Source: Treponema sp. (GTDB lineage Bacteria > Spirochaetota > Spirochaetia > Treponematales > Breznakiellaceae). Taken from it: 34,725 nucleotides of DNA. The first letter of the stretch is position 1, and the number at the start of each line of letters is the position of its first letter. Both the position numbers and the translations under genes were made by a program. Of the stretch, positions 34,345 through 34,725 are shown in pieces. The stretch covers positions 1-34,725 of the forward strand of contig JAISOQ010000155.1 in NCBI GenBank assembly GCA_031275515.1, in the 5' to 3' direction. The notes under the pieces are model-generated. The model worked only from the letters and a program-made list of their open reading frames with translations. It searched no databases and was not told where the DNA came from.

Positions 34345-34725
34345 AACGTTTCTGGTTTGATCTTGAGAAAATTCTTGAAATCCGCGCCTACCGGGAAAGG
34401 GAAGCGGAAATAGAACTAGGCCGCGCTGTGGGCGTCCTCACCGCCATTGAACAGGAGATACAATCAGCGGCCGTCAACCACTCAAGGGCGGCGGCCTGCC
34501 GTTTTGCTTCGGGAAACGGATCGGAGGAGATCCGGCGTTACGATCTCTACATACGCAGGCTTGACGCCCAGCGGGACCGGCTTCTCAAGGAAGCCGCCGA
34601 AGCGGAACTCAAAGTGGAAACCGCCAGGGAAGCCTTTCTCGAAGCCTCCAGGGAACGGAAGGTTATTGATAAGCTCAAGGAAAAACGGCGGCAGGAGTAC
34701 CGTAAGGTGCGGCTGGCGGAAGAAA
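34341..34725 (+). CDS. fliJ: Flagellar export chaperone FliJ (3' end outside window)
   Basis: This gene is not in the supplied ORF track because no stop is reached. ATG at 34341 overlaps the fliI TGA (ATGA). My translation, MKRFWFDLEKILEIRAYREREAEIELGRAV...KVIDKLKEKRRQEYRKVRLAEE, is open to the window end. It is a coiled-coil protein at the FliJ position after fliI. Confidence 0.75.
   Translation, partial: MKRFWFDLEKILEIRAYREREAEIELGRAVGVLTAIEQEIQSAAVNHSRAAACRFASGNGSEEIRRYDLYIRRLDAQRDRLLKEAAEAELKVETAREAFLEASRERKVIDKLKEKRRQEYRKVRLAEE

Noticed and set aside
1-34725. A search by eye for CRISPR arrays, tRNA or rRNA genes, IS elements or transposases, toxin-antitoxin pairs and known defence-system architectures.
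   Set aside because: No spaced direct-repeat arrays, no tRNA T-loop-like GGTTCGA motifs and no transposase-like ORFs were seen. Every ORF above ~90 aa that is not an antisense shadow is assigned above, to a recognisable housekeeping function or as a conserved hypothetical (the 237-aa ORF).

Overview
The window reads as contiguous core chromosome from a spirochaete, probably Treponema-like and moderately GC-rich. I found no convincing novel multi-gene system; the content is almost entirely recognisable housekeeping genes. All identifications come from motif and synteny recognition by eye; no searches were run.

Gene content, left to right:
- The 3' part of an archaeal-type pheT, then a MATE efflux gene.
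- A minus-strand unit made of a small nuclease-fold hypothetical, an AddB-like gene and an AddA-like gene.
- A roughly 660-bp AT-rich divergent intergenic region.
- About 24 kb of strictly co-directional, tightly packed or overlapping plus-strand genes, in three groups. A reduced spirochaete-type dcw cluster: mraZ, rsmH, ftsL, murF, mraY, ftsW, ftsQ/divIB, ftsA, ftsZ. A middle block: xerD-like, a TPR protein, dprA, topA, xerC-like, hslV, hslU. The start of the flagellar flgB operon: flgB, flgC, fliE, fliF, fliG, fliH, fliI, and fliJ, which runs off the 3' end.
- No rRNA, tRNA, CRISPR array or transposase was seen.

Items worth a second look are small-scale:
- Four co-oriented TGTGGA(A/T)A(A/T) boxes (DnaA-box-like, with a GTGG core) far upstream of mraZ, and a duplicated GGTGGTAAA at the mraZ start.
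- An atypical 190-nt fliE-fliF spacer. A 64-codon ORF fills it exactly, overlapping both neighbours, and it also carries hairpins.
- A sigma-28-like motif and a perfect 10-bp inverted repeat upstream of flgB.
- A 23-residue extension ahead of the catalytic Thr of HslV, and an enlarged HslU I-domain.
- A G10 tract forming the mraY/ftsW junction, plus other G8 tracts.
- Collinearity of dprA-topA-xerC-hslVU-flgB...fliJ with the Bacillus subtilis arrangement.
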